From Bdellovibrionota bacterium FG-2 (GTDB lineage Bacteria > Bdellovibrionota > UBA1018), in contig JBBCAV010000044.1 of the NCBI GenBank assembly GCA_051382305.1, positions 1-22,409 on the forward strand: 22,409 bases of DNA. The letters run 5' to 3'. The translations under genes were made by a program, and so were the position numbers. Shown piece by piece: positions 15,150 through 22,409 of this stretch. The stretch's first letter is position 1, and each line of letters opens with the position of its first letter. Under the pieces are notes generated by a model, which was given only the letters and a program-made list of their open reading frames with translations, was not told the origin of the DNA and did not search any database.

Positions 15150-16811
15150 TTAGCCGTTTCCGGTTTTTGAAGTGGTTTGTAACAGTGTCAGATTGAGGCT
15201 AATCACTTGTCTTAAGAAAGGCTTGAGCTGATCCTGAGCAAAGAGTTTATAGTTATAATATGACAAAAACATGTTCAGGTTGTCTTTAAATTGAGGTCCC
15301 GGTTGGATCTCGATAATCGCTTGTTTTCCGCCAAAATTCACTGAGTGAGTATAGAAAGAAATCTTGTAAAGCTTTGTGAACGCGATGATTTCTTCTATTG
15401 TGAAAATTCGAGACGGGTCTTCCGGTTTTAAAGGGATACCAATCCAGTGAAGGTAGCCTCCGATCCCTGCCATCATAAACGTAGGTTGGTGCGGAATGTA
15501 CCAGTAACGGTCGTCCCATTTGTCTAAGAAGCGAACTCGATCCTGAATCCCAAAGATCGTGGCTTTTTGAAGGGCGCCTGATTCGACGATTGCAAGCATC
15601 ACGGCTTCGTCTTTGATGGCCCTAAGTTGCCAATTCACATAACGTTTAATGGTCTGAATCGTGAATAGACAGAGCGTTATGGACAAGATCACGCGCACCC
15701 AGGGGGATCGTCCGTGTTTGTTAAAACAGAACTGCAAGCCCCCAACGATGAGTATCGCCAGTGGAAAGCTGAATAGGAAGTTTATTCGATCGCCGTTCAG
15801 GCCAACGGAAAACCCTCGGGTTGCAGCTACATAAGGAAACGTGGCTCCGGCCATCAAAAGAAGTCCCGAGCCTAAAAGAGCGCGAGTGTTTTCGCGGCCT
15901 TGAAACCCTCGCTTTCGAGTAGAAACCAGAAACCACGCAGCAACGCCCGTTAGCGAGCACAGTAGAAGCACAGAAAGGTTCCTGAGATTGCTGATTGCTT
16001 CGACGAACTGCACTAGTATGACATAGGGAAGACGAATCAGCGGTCCAAGCATGTTTGTCCCGAATGCGATGCTGTTATAGCCGATTTGATCGCCATGGAC
16101 GGGAGTGCACACGGTTTTCCAGAACCAGAAAATTAAAGGTAAAATGGTGTAGTCCAAGCGCTGAATAAGATTATATCGCAGTAGGGATTTGAGGTCTTTT
16201 CGCCCTTGCCACTTAAAGAAGGACCAGAGTGCCCAGGCGCTATAATAATAAGTAAGAAGCGCATTGAAATTGAAAGACAGAAAAAAAAGACTAAGAGCTA
16301 GCAATCGTAGCGTCACGTGCCGAACTCCTTGATTTTCTTCGCTGCAAAGGAATACCCACGCGCCTAGCTGAAGGACGAAATAAAACGAATGATAGCAAAA
16401 GTGGGCAGGCTCGATTACTGTTACCAATGAAGGGTTGAGCGTCGCCAACAGGATGATCCATATTCGTTGATCGAAAGACAACAAACGGCATTTTGCGAAA
16501 ATGGAATACGTCGTGAGGTTACCTAGGATGATCCAAAAAAAGGAAAATATTTTGTAACCTAGAGGAAAAGGCAACGCGCGTGCAGCCCCCCAGAACCAAT
16601 AAGCTTGGACGGGCATGCCAACACGCTTCAAAAATGCGAGCCACTCATTCCAATTATTTCTGCGTACGAAATCAAAGATCATCCAGCCGTCGAAATACAT
16701 TCCGGTGTTGAATAGCAATAGCGAATGCCCAACCAATACAAGAGCCGCAGCGGCTACAATCCATGTAGGCCGTTTGAAATGGTGGTAGGGGTTTGCTGAG
16801 ATTTCGTTCAT
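15150..16811 (-). CDS. Multi-pass membrane protein, possibly GT-C-fold glycosyltransferase
   Basis: Many TM segments. An acidic YFDGW loop follows TM1. Soluble C-terminal domain. The function is inference. Confidence 0.6.
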   Translation of the reverse strand: MNEISANPYHHFKRPTWIVAAAALVLVGHSLLLFNTGMYFDGWMIFDFVRRNNWNEWLAFLKRVGMPVQAYWFWGAARALPFPLGYKIFSFFWIILGNLTTYSIFAKCRLLSFDQRIWIILLATLNPSLVTVIEPAHFCYHSFYFVLQLGAWVFLCSEENQGVRHVTLRLLALSLFFLSFNFNALLTYYYSAWALWSFFKWQGRKDLKSLLRYNLIQRLDYTILPLIFWFWKTVCTPVHGDQIGYNSIAFGTNMLGPLIRLPYVILVQFVEAISNLRNLSVLLLCSLTGVAAWFLVSTRKRGFQGRENTRALLGSGLLLMAGATFPYVAATRGFSVGLNGDRINFLFSFPLAILIVGGLQFCFNKHGRSPWVRVILSITLCLFTIQTIKRYVNWQLRAIKDEAVMLAIVESGALQKATIFGIQDRVRFLDKWDDRYWYIPHQPTFMMAGIGGYLHWIGIPLKPEDPSRIFTIEEIIAFTKLYKISFYTHSVNFGGKQAIIEIQPGPQFKDNLNMFLSYYNYKLFAQDQLKPFLRQVISLNLTLLQTTSKTGNG

Positions 16812-16947
16812 GTTGAATTATCTAAAAAAGTAGATTAGATTGCTTTTTTTTCTGGAAGTTTTGTATATTGAAGGCGAATTACTATAAATCTTAAGCTTTG
16901 CGACTCGATTTAGTTTGGTGGTGCTCTTAACTAAAGGGATTCCCTGT

Positions 16948-17631
16948 ATGCTTGTTTCCATTGTGCTCCCAGTCTTTAATCAGTCTGATCATATCGCCCA
17001 AGTCATCGCAAGATATATAGAAATTCTGCAAGACAGCTTTGAGTTTGAGTTGATTCTTGTGGAAAATGGCTCGATTGACCGCTCTTACCAGATTTGTGAA
17101 GACCTCCAGCGACAATATTCAAATTACGTACGTGTTCTGACATTAAAAGGGAGTGGTTGGGGAATGGCAGTTCAGGCTGGGATGGCTGCGTCTCGAGGAG
17201 AATGGCTTTGTTATACGAACTCGGCACGGACAAATCCGATCGCAGTGAAGCGCCTTTTATTTCAGGCGATGGATCGTCCGGAGTCTTTGACAAAGGGAAT
17301 TCGAGTTCAGAGACCAGGGTTAAGAAGGATCGCTTCTGCTGTATATAATTTTGAGAACCGGATGCTTCACGGTGTAGGATCAGCTGACGTGAACGGGACT
17401 CCGAAAATTATGCGCCGGGCGGTTTTTGAGATGCTTAGTCCTCTCGAAAGAGGGGACTTGATTGATCTTGAGTTGCTGGCTAACTGCGCAAAACTCGGTA
17501 TTAATGTGATAGAGGCGCCAGTTGATTCCGAGAAACGATTTGGAGGTCGCTCGACTACGAGTGTTGCTTCGGCTGCGCGCATGTACCTCGGCTCTTTTAA
17601 GTATTGGATTAGGAGATGCACGGAAAAATGA
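16948..17631 (+). CDS. Glycosyltransferase family 2
   Basis: Motifs VSIVLPVFNQ, LVENGSID, GWGMAV and DLELL. ATG 16948 preferred over TTG 16915. Confidence 0.85.
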   Translation: MLVSIVLPVFNQSDHIAQVIARYIEILQDSFEFELILVENGSIDRSYQICEDLQRQYSNYVRVLTLKGSGWGMAVQAGMAASRGEWLCYTNSARTNPIAVKRLLFQAMDRPESLTKGIRVQRPGLRRIASAVYNFENRMLHGVGSADVNGTPKIMRRAVFEMLSPLERGDLIDLELLANCAKLGINVIEAPVDSEKRFGGRSTTSVASAARMYLGSFKYWIRRCTEK

Positions 17632-18800
17632 ACCTAGAAGAGCAATGGCAGGCCGATCATCTGGAATTTCGTAACCCCCAGCAGGTGATCAGCCAGTGGT
17701 ATGAGGGGAGCGAGGTATCTTCGGAACAGCTCGAGTTTACAACTGAAGGTGATTTTTTCGATCTTTTGCAGGAAATGCAGACGACTCTGATCATCAGCAG
17801 AGAATATGAGCATTTTCTCATAGCTCTAACTGTTCACGGTGGATGTCCTCTCATTACGTTTCTCAGGTTGCCACATCCATCTGGAATTGCGGTTTCGCCC
17901 GACGGAAAAGAAATTGTTGTGGCGTCTACACGAAATCCTAATCAGCTTATTTTTTATAAGCCGGTTGAACGAATTGTTGAACGAAAGGATATCGCGGCGT
18001 TTGGGCTGGGAGATTATCGACCGCTAGTGCCCTATCGGTCACTTTTTTTATCGGGTTCTCATTATTTGCATGACTTGGCTTATATTGGAGAAGTGTTGCA
18101 CGCGAACTCTGTGGGGCAAAATGGGATAATTAAAGTGACGAAGGATGGCTCATCAATGTTGGCTTGGTGGCCTAAGGCGGCCGAGCGTGAAGGAAAGCTC
18201 GAATCTGGAGTGAACTATCTCCAGCTTAATTCCATTGCAGCCGGCGATTCTATTGAGGATTCTTTCTTTTCAGCATCGACAGACAAGCTGTGTGACCCTC
18301 GCCCAGGCCACCCCGAATTTCTTGCGGATCGCGCAGGGGTTTTGTTTAGCGGAAAAACTAGAGAGGTGATCGCGCAGGGGTTGACTCGGCCACACTCGGC
18401 CCGGCTTTTCGGTGGCAAAGTCTGGATCGACAATAGCGGGTATGGTGAAGTGGGCTACATCGATGGCGACCGCTTTCAGTCTACAAACAGGCTGCCTGGC
18501 TGGACGCGAGGACTACTGATCCGCGATAAGTACATGATCGTAGGAACATCCGTAATTATTCCGCGGTTTGCTTCTTACGCGCCAGGTCTTGAGTCTTCGA
18601 AGTGCCGTTGTGGAATTCATATCATTGATCGGCTAAGTAGTCAGGTGCTCGCAAGTTTGTATTGGCCACAAGGTAACCAAATTTTCGCTATTGAAGCCGC
18701 GACTAATCAGATGACAACGGGTTTTCCCTATGCCTATATTGGGGGGCGCAAAGTAGAGCTAATTCCAGCGGATAGCTTGTTTTACAGCTATCTAACTTAG
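17628..18800 (+). CDS. DUF4915/TIGR03032-like beta-propeller protein
   Basis: Motifs YLHDLA, LQLNSIA, GLTRPHSAR, NSGYGEVG, LPGWTRGL and QIFAI. ATG 17628 has an AGGAG RBS and an ATGA overlap. Confidence 0.75.
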   Translation: MNLEEQWQADHLEFRNPQQVISQWYEGSEVSSEQLEFTTEGDFFDLLQEMQTTLIISREYEHFLIALTVHGGCPLITFLRLPHPSGIAVSPDGKEIVVASTRNPNQLIFYKPVERIVERKDIAAFGLGDYRPLVPYRSLFLSGSHYLHDLAYIGEVLHANSVGQNGIIKVTKDGSSMLAWWPKAAEREGKLESGVNYLQLNSIAAGDSIEDSFFSASTDKLCDPRPGHPEFLADRAGVLFSGKTREVIAQGLTRPHSARLFGGKVWIDNSGYGEVGYIDGDRFQSTNRLPGWTRGLLIRDKYMIVGTSVIIPRFASYAPGLESSKCRCGIHIIDRLSSQVLASLYWPQGNQIFAIEAATNQMTTGFPYAYIGGRKVELIPADSLFYSYLT

Positions 18801-18861
18801 GTGATGGTTTTAGTGATTTACAAGAGCCCTGAATTTGAATTTTAAAATGGAGTTCACCGGT

Positions 18862-19806
18862 ATGGAAAAATTTCGATTTGTGATGATTGGTGCCATGTAT
18901 GAAAACGGTGGAAATACGACTCAGAGGTTTCTAGATGGTCATCCTGAGCTTTTTGTTTATCCATATGAATCTCAGGTGGGAACCAAGTTCGTTCAGGATT
19001 CCTTGAGTTCGGCTTTCCCGTTAAAGTATCGATGGCCAGTCTTTCCGACTGATGCTTCAAGTGGCGACTGTTATGACATGATCATTGACGAGGAATTGAA
19101 AGTTCGCACTAAAACACCGTTGGTCAGCAAATTTCGCAATGAGCCGTTGGAACTCTCGGATGGCGAAAGAAAAGTTCGTTTCGTCAAAATGCTGGAAGGC
19201 GCAGTGAGGTTGGACGCCGCTACCGTGATGGCCTGTTTCTTTAAATCCACTTTTGCATCGTGGAAAGATTTTAAGGGTTCCGGAAAAAATCATACTTACG
19301 TTGGTTACAGCCCGGTTATCACAGTCGATGCCGATAAGATTCTGTCTGCAAATCCAGATTCTCATTTCATCCATGTAGTGCGCAACCCGTTCTCTGCCTA
19401 TTCGGATACCAAGAAGCGCCCGGTTCCTCTTTCCTTGAAGAATTATATGACAAATTGGGTGATCAACCAGCACTTTGCGAATTTTTACTCCAAGATTTAC
19501 GGCTCCAGGTTCCACATCGTTAGGTTCGAAGATTTGATTCAGGATGGGCAGCGTGCTCTTGCTCCTGTCTGCGAGGCTGTTGGGATCGATTCGACTGATG
19601 GCGCGCTTCGGTATCCTTCATGGAATAGTAAAAGGTTGGAGGAGGTTTACCCTTGGGGTACCATCAAGCTGCCGACTCTTGAGGCCAATTTGAGTACCGC
19701 ACGCGAGCTTTTGAAGTCTGAGATCCAGGAAATTATTCAAAGAACCGAGCCTTATCTTTCTTTGTTCGAGTATCAGCATTTTGTTGATTCGAGCTGGGTA
19801 ACATGA
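18862..19806 (+). CDS. Sulfotransferase-family protein (start may be 18847)
   Basis: Motifs LDGHPEL, FIHVVRNPFSAYS (3'-phosphate binding) and VRFEDL. The 5'-PSB loop is atypical. Confidence 0.75.
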   Translation: MEKFRFVMIGAMYENGGNTTQRFLDGHPELFVYPYESQVGTKFVQDSLSSAFPLKYRWPVFPTDASSGDCYDMIIDEELKVRTKTPLVSKFRNEPLELSDGERKVRFVKMLEGAVRLDAATVMACFFKSTFASWKDFKGSGKNHTYVGYSPVITVDADKILSANPDSHFIHVVRNPFSAYSDTKKRPVPLSLKNYMTNWVINQHFANFYSKIYGSRFHIVRFEDLIQDGQRALAPVCEAVGIDSTDGALRYPSWNSKRLEEVYPWGTIKLPTLEANLSTARELLKSEIQEIIQRTEPYLSLFEYQHFVDSSWVT

Positions 19807-20571
19807 ATGGATTCTAGACTCTGTATCTCTGCGCGAAAACGGCTTTTAAAACTTCATTACGAAGCAGGGGTCGGACATTTAGGTGGCAATCTTTCTTGTC
19901 TTGATCTCCTTTTGTGTATTCATCACTGTGCTCTTGGTGTGGCGGATATGTTTATTCTTTCCAAGGGCCATTCTGCGGGTGCGTTATATATAACTCTTTG
20001 GACGCTGGGAAAAATTCCTGAAGGCATCCTTTCCACATTTCATGGAGAGGGTACGCAACTCTCGGGGCATCCTGCGGCCGACTTTCTTCCGGAAATTCCT
20101 TTCTCAACTGGAAGCCTTGGTCACGGACTAGGTCTAGCCGCAGGCGTAGCACTGGCTTTTAAGTTGAAGAAGCAGTTAGGCCGAGTTTATTGTTTGATCT
20201 CAGACGGTGAGATCAATGAAGGTTCCATTTGGGAAGCGTTGTTATTCATCGCTCACCATAAACTGAACGTCTGTGTAATAGTGGATAAAAATGGACTACA
20301 AGGGTTTGGGAAAACTTCTGAAGTCTTAAATAGCGATCCCCTGCGCGATAAATTTGAAGCTCTTGGATACGCGGTCTCGGAGATTGATGGGCATGACTTC
20401 GAGGCAATCGCTGGTGTCTTGAAGACCTCTCCAGGTCTCGCAAGAGTCGTTATTGCAAATACGATCAAGGGAAAAGGAGTGCCACTGATCGAAGATCAGA
20501 TGAAGTCACATTATCTTCCATTGGAAGAAGGCCAATATCAAGAAGCAATGAAAATATTAGAGGATTTGTGA
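19807..20571 (+). CDS. Transketolase-like protein, N-terminal (TPP-binding) subunit
   Basis: Motifs GHLGGNLS, LSKGH, STGSLGHG, SDGEINEG...N and TIKGKG. Confidence 0.92.
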   Translation: MDSRLCISARKRLLKLHYEAGVGHLGGNLSCLDLLLCIHHCALGVADMFILSKGHSAGALYITLWTLGKIPEGILSTFHGEGTQLSGHPAADFLPEIPFSTGSLGHGLGLAAGVALAFKLKKQLGRVYCLISDGEINEGSIWEALLFIAHHKLNVCVIVDKNGLQGFGKTSEVLNSDPLRDKFEALGYAVSEIDGHDFEAIAGVLKTSPGLARVVIANTIKGKGVPLIEDQMKSHYLPLEEGQYQEAMKILEDL

Positions 20572-21494
20572 GAAAGGAATTTTGCAGACAAATGCTTGGG
20601 TTAGCTCAGGATCCCCGGTTCATCTTTATTTCCGGTGATCTGGGCTTTAATTCATTCGAGTCCCTTCAGCAAATACTCGGGCATCGGTTTATCAATGCAG
20701 GAGTCGCTGAACAGAATATGGTCTCAGTAGCGGCGGGCTTAGCGAGTCAAGGTTTTCGGCCTTGGGTGTATAGCATTGCTCCGTTTATCTACGCCCGGGC
20801 ATTCGAACAAATTAGGAATGACATTTGTCACCATCGGTTGCCGGTAACATTGGTCGGCAACGGTGCTGGGTATGGATATGGCGTAATGGGCCCGACGCAT
20901 CATGCATTAGAGGACTACGGAGTGCTTTCGACTCTTGGTTTTTTGTGTATCTATCTTCCGATGAACTCTGGTGACCTGGGATCGGTTTGTATTGCAGCGC
21001 AGGATAGGTGCGCACCTGCTTACGTTCGTTTGGGAATTAACGAGGATTTAGCTTTTTGTTCTCAGATTCCTTATGGTTCTTTTCGTAAGCTCGTGGAAGG
21101 TCAAGGAAGTGTTGTCGTTTCTACTGGGACCATTGCTGCAGTCATGGCTTCAAAATTTCGCGCATTACCCGAAGAAACCCGACCAGAAGTGTGGGTCATT
21201 TCCGAGCTACCTATTCTTCCCGAGTGTTTGCCTGTCGAGTTCTTATCTTCATTGAAGCGGAAAACGCTTTTAGTGATTGAAGAGCACTCGCCGAACGGAG
21301 GGATAGGCCAGCAGCTTCTATATCAGCTCGCTATGAAGGGAGTCATGCCAATGAAGTTCATACATCGCGCGGCCTTGGGCTATCCTTCAAAGACCTATGG
21401 ATCTCAATTTTTCCATCAAAAGGAGTGCGGGCTAGATCCGGATTCGTTGCTCCAGTTTGTTCTCGATTCTTTTCCGTGGCGGGAAAACCATTGA
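20568..21494 (+). CDS. Transketolase-like protein, C-terminal subunit
   Basis: Motifs GDLG, NAGVAEQNM, EQIRND, GPTHH, YVRL and EEH. Confidence 0.92.
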   Translation: MRKEFCRQMLGLAQDPRFIFISGDLGFNSFESLQQILGHRFINAGVAEQNMVSVAAGLASQGFRPWVYSIAPFIYARAFEQIRNDICHHRLPVTLVGNGAGYGYGVMGPTHHALEDYGVLSTLGFLCIYLPMNSGDLGSVCIAAQDRCAPAYVRLGINEDLAFCSQIPYGSFRKLVEGQGSVVVSTGTIAAVMASKFRALPEETRPEVWVISELPILPECLPVEFLSSLKRKTLLVIEEHSPNGGIGQQLLYQLAMKGVMPMKFIHRAALGYPSKTYGSQFFHQKECGLDPDSLLQFVLDSFPWRENH

Positions 21495-22306
21495 AAATCG
21501 AAGACCTTATTTCGCAGCTTGAGCCGCCTATTTTGGTTCTCGGGGCAAGCGGGTTTATTGGATCAAATCTTTTTCGTGCCATCTATTCTCAGAGGAAAGA
21601 TGTTTATGGGACGGCTCAAACTCTTCCTGCGTGGCGCCTTTCAGGAATACCGGGAGCCCAGGTTTTGATCCTTGATCTCCTTAATCCTACCTCGCTCGAT
21701 TGGATATTCAGGGAAATCCAGCCTAAGACCGTCTTCAATCTTGTAGCTTTTGGGGCGTATAGCTTTGAGACTTCTCCTGAGCAGATTCATTTGACAAATT
21801 ACAATTTCGTGCAAAGACTTTTGGAAGTCAGCCTAAAGAATCGAGTTAACCGGCTGGTCCATGCTGGAAGCTCTTCTGAATATGGTTTGAATTCCAATCG
21901 GCCTACTGAGGATACTCTTCCGCTCCCCAATAGTCATTACGCAGTCTCAAAATTTGCGGCTTCACAGCTCATTTATCATTACGGGAAACAGAAGTGTCTT
22001 CCTTGCGCCAATCTGCGTCTTTATTCGGTCTATGGCCCATTCGAGGATTCTTCCAGGCTGGTCCCGAATCTCGTTAAGGAGGCGATGAAAGGATGTTTTC
22101 CTCCGCTCGTTAACTCAAGCACTTGCCGTGACTTCCTCTATGTCGACGATGCGGTGAAAGCTTTTTTAAGTACTGCCGTGATGCTGCCGAAGTCGTACTA
22201 TGGTGAGTCATTTAATATCGGTACAGGAAAAGGGACCACAATCGGCGAGCTTGCATCTGTTGCAGCTAGAGTATTCCGCCTAAGCGGCCGCCCAACAATA
22301 ACTTAA
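21491..22306 (+). CDS. NAD-dependent epimerase/dehydratase (extended SDR), possibly C-terminally truncated
   Basis: Motifs GASGFIG, GSSSEYG, YAVSK, RDFLYVDD and FNIGTG. TTG 21491 overlaps the upstream stop. Confidence 0.88.
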   Translation: MKIEDLISQLEPPILVLGASGFIGSNLFRAIYSQRKDVYGTAQTLPAWRLSGIPGAQVLILDLLNPTSLDWIFREIQPKTVFNLVAFGAYSFETSPEQIHLTNYNFVQRLLEVSLKNRVNRLVHAGSSSEYGLNSNRPTEDTLPLPNSHYAVSKFAASQLIYHYGKQKCLPCANLRLYSVYGPFEDSSRLVPNLVKEAMKGCFPPLVNSSTCRDFLYVDDAVKAFLSTAVMLPKSYYGESFNIGTGKGTTIGELASVAARVFRLSGRPTIT

Positions 22307-22409
22307 CAGAACTAGGTCTTAAAACATCGATTCAGCGAGACACAGAGCAGCCGTTCGCTCCTTCAAATATGTCAACTTAATGGCATATTTTGGCCACGAC
22401 GCAATATAG

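Noticed and set aside
153-21582. Numerous short antisense or alternate-frame ORFs in the track (e.g. 577-948, 6416-6889, 10402-10806, 19057-19515)
   Set aside because: They are shadows of well-supported genes, with no motifs or initiation signals.

Overview
A bacterial surface-polysaccharide locus. On the minus strand, an operon runs from a multi-pass membrane protein through wzm, wzt, a WbdD-like methyltransferase, an HddC-like nucleotidyltransferase and gmhB, then continues with transaldolase, gmhA and a GT2. On the plus strand, a divergent operon encodes a GT2, a DUF4915-like protein, a sulfotransferase-like protein, a split transketolase and an SDR epimerase. The most unusual feature is about 7.8 kb (2244-10006) between gmhB and transaldolase. 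It holds three plus-strand cargo cassettes: (1) an AAA ATPase plus a TIGR04255-like three-gene module, (2) an HTH-ImmA/IrrE peptidase plus a PIN protein, and (3) two unknown genes. The cassettes are separated by ~640-670 bp mosaic, internally deleted copies of the host hddC/gmhB genes. What looks like the displaced original gmhB 3' end remains next to transaldolase. No integrase is present in the window. The intact gmhB carries in-frame palindromic DNA segments that differ among the copies. An IS1595-family element interrupts the GT2 at the left edge. All family assignments come from motif recognition by eye, not from database searches.
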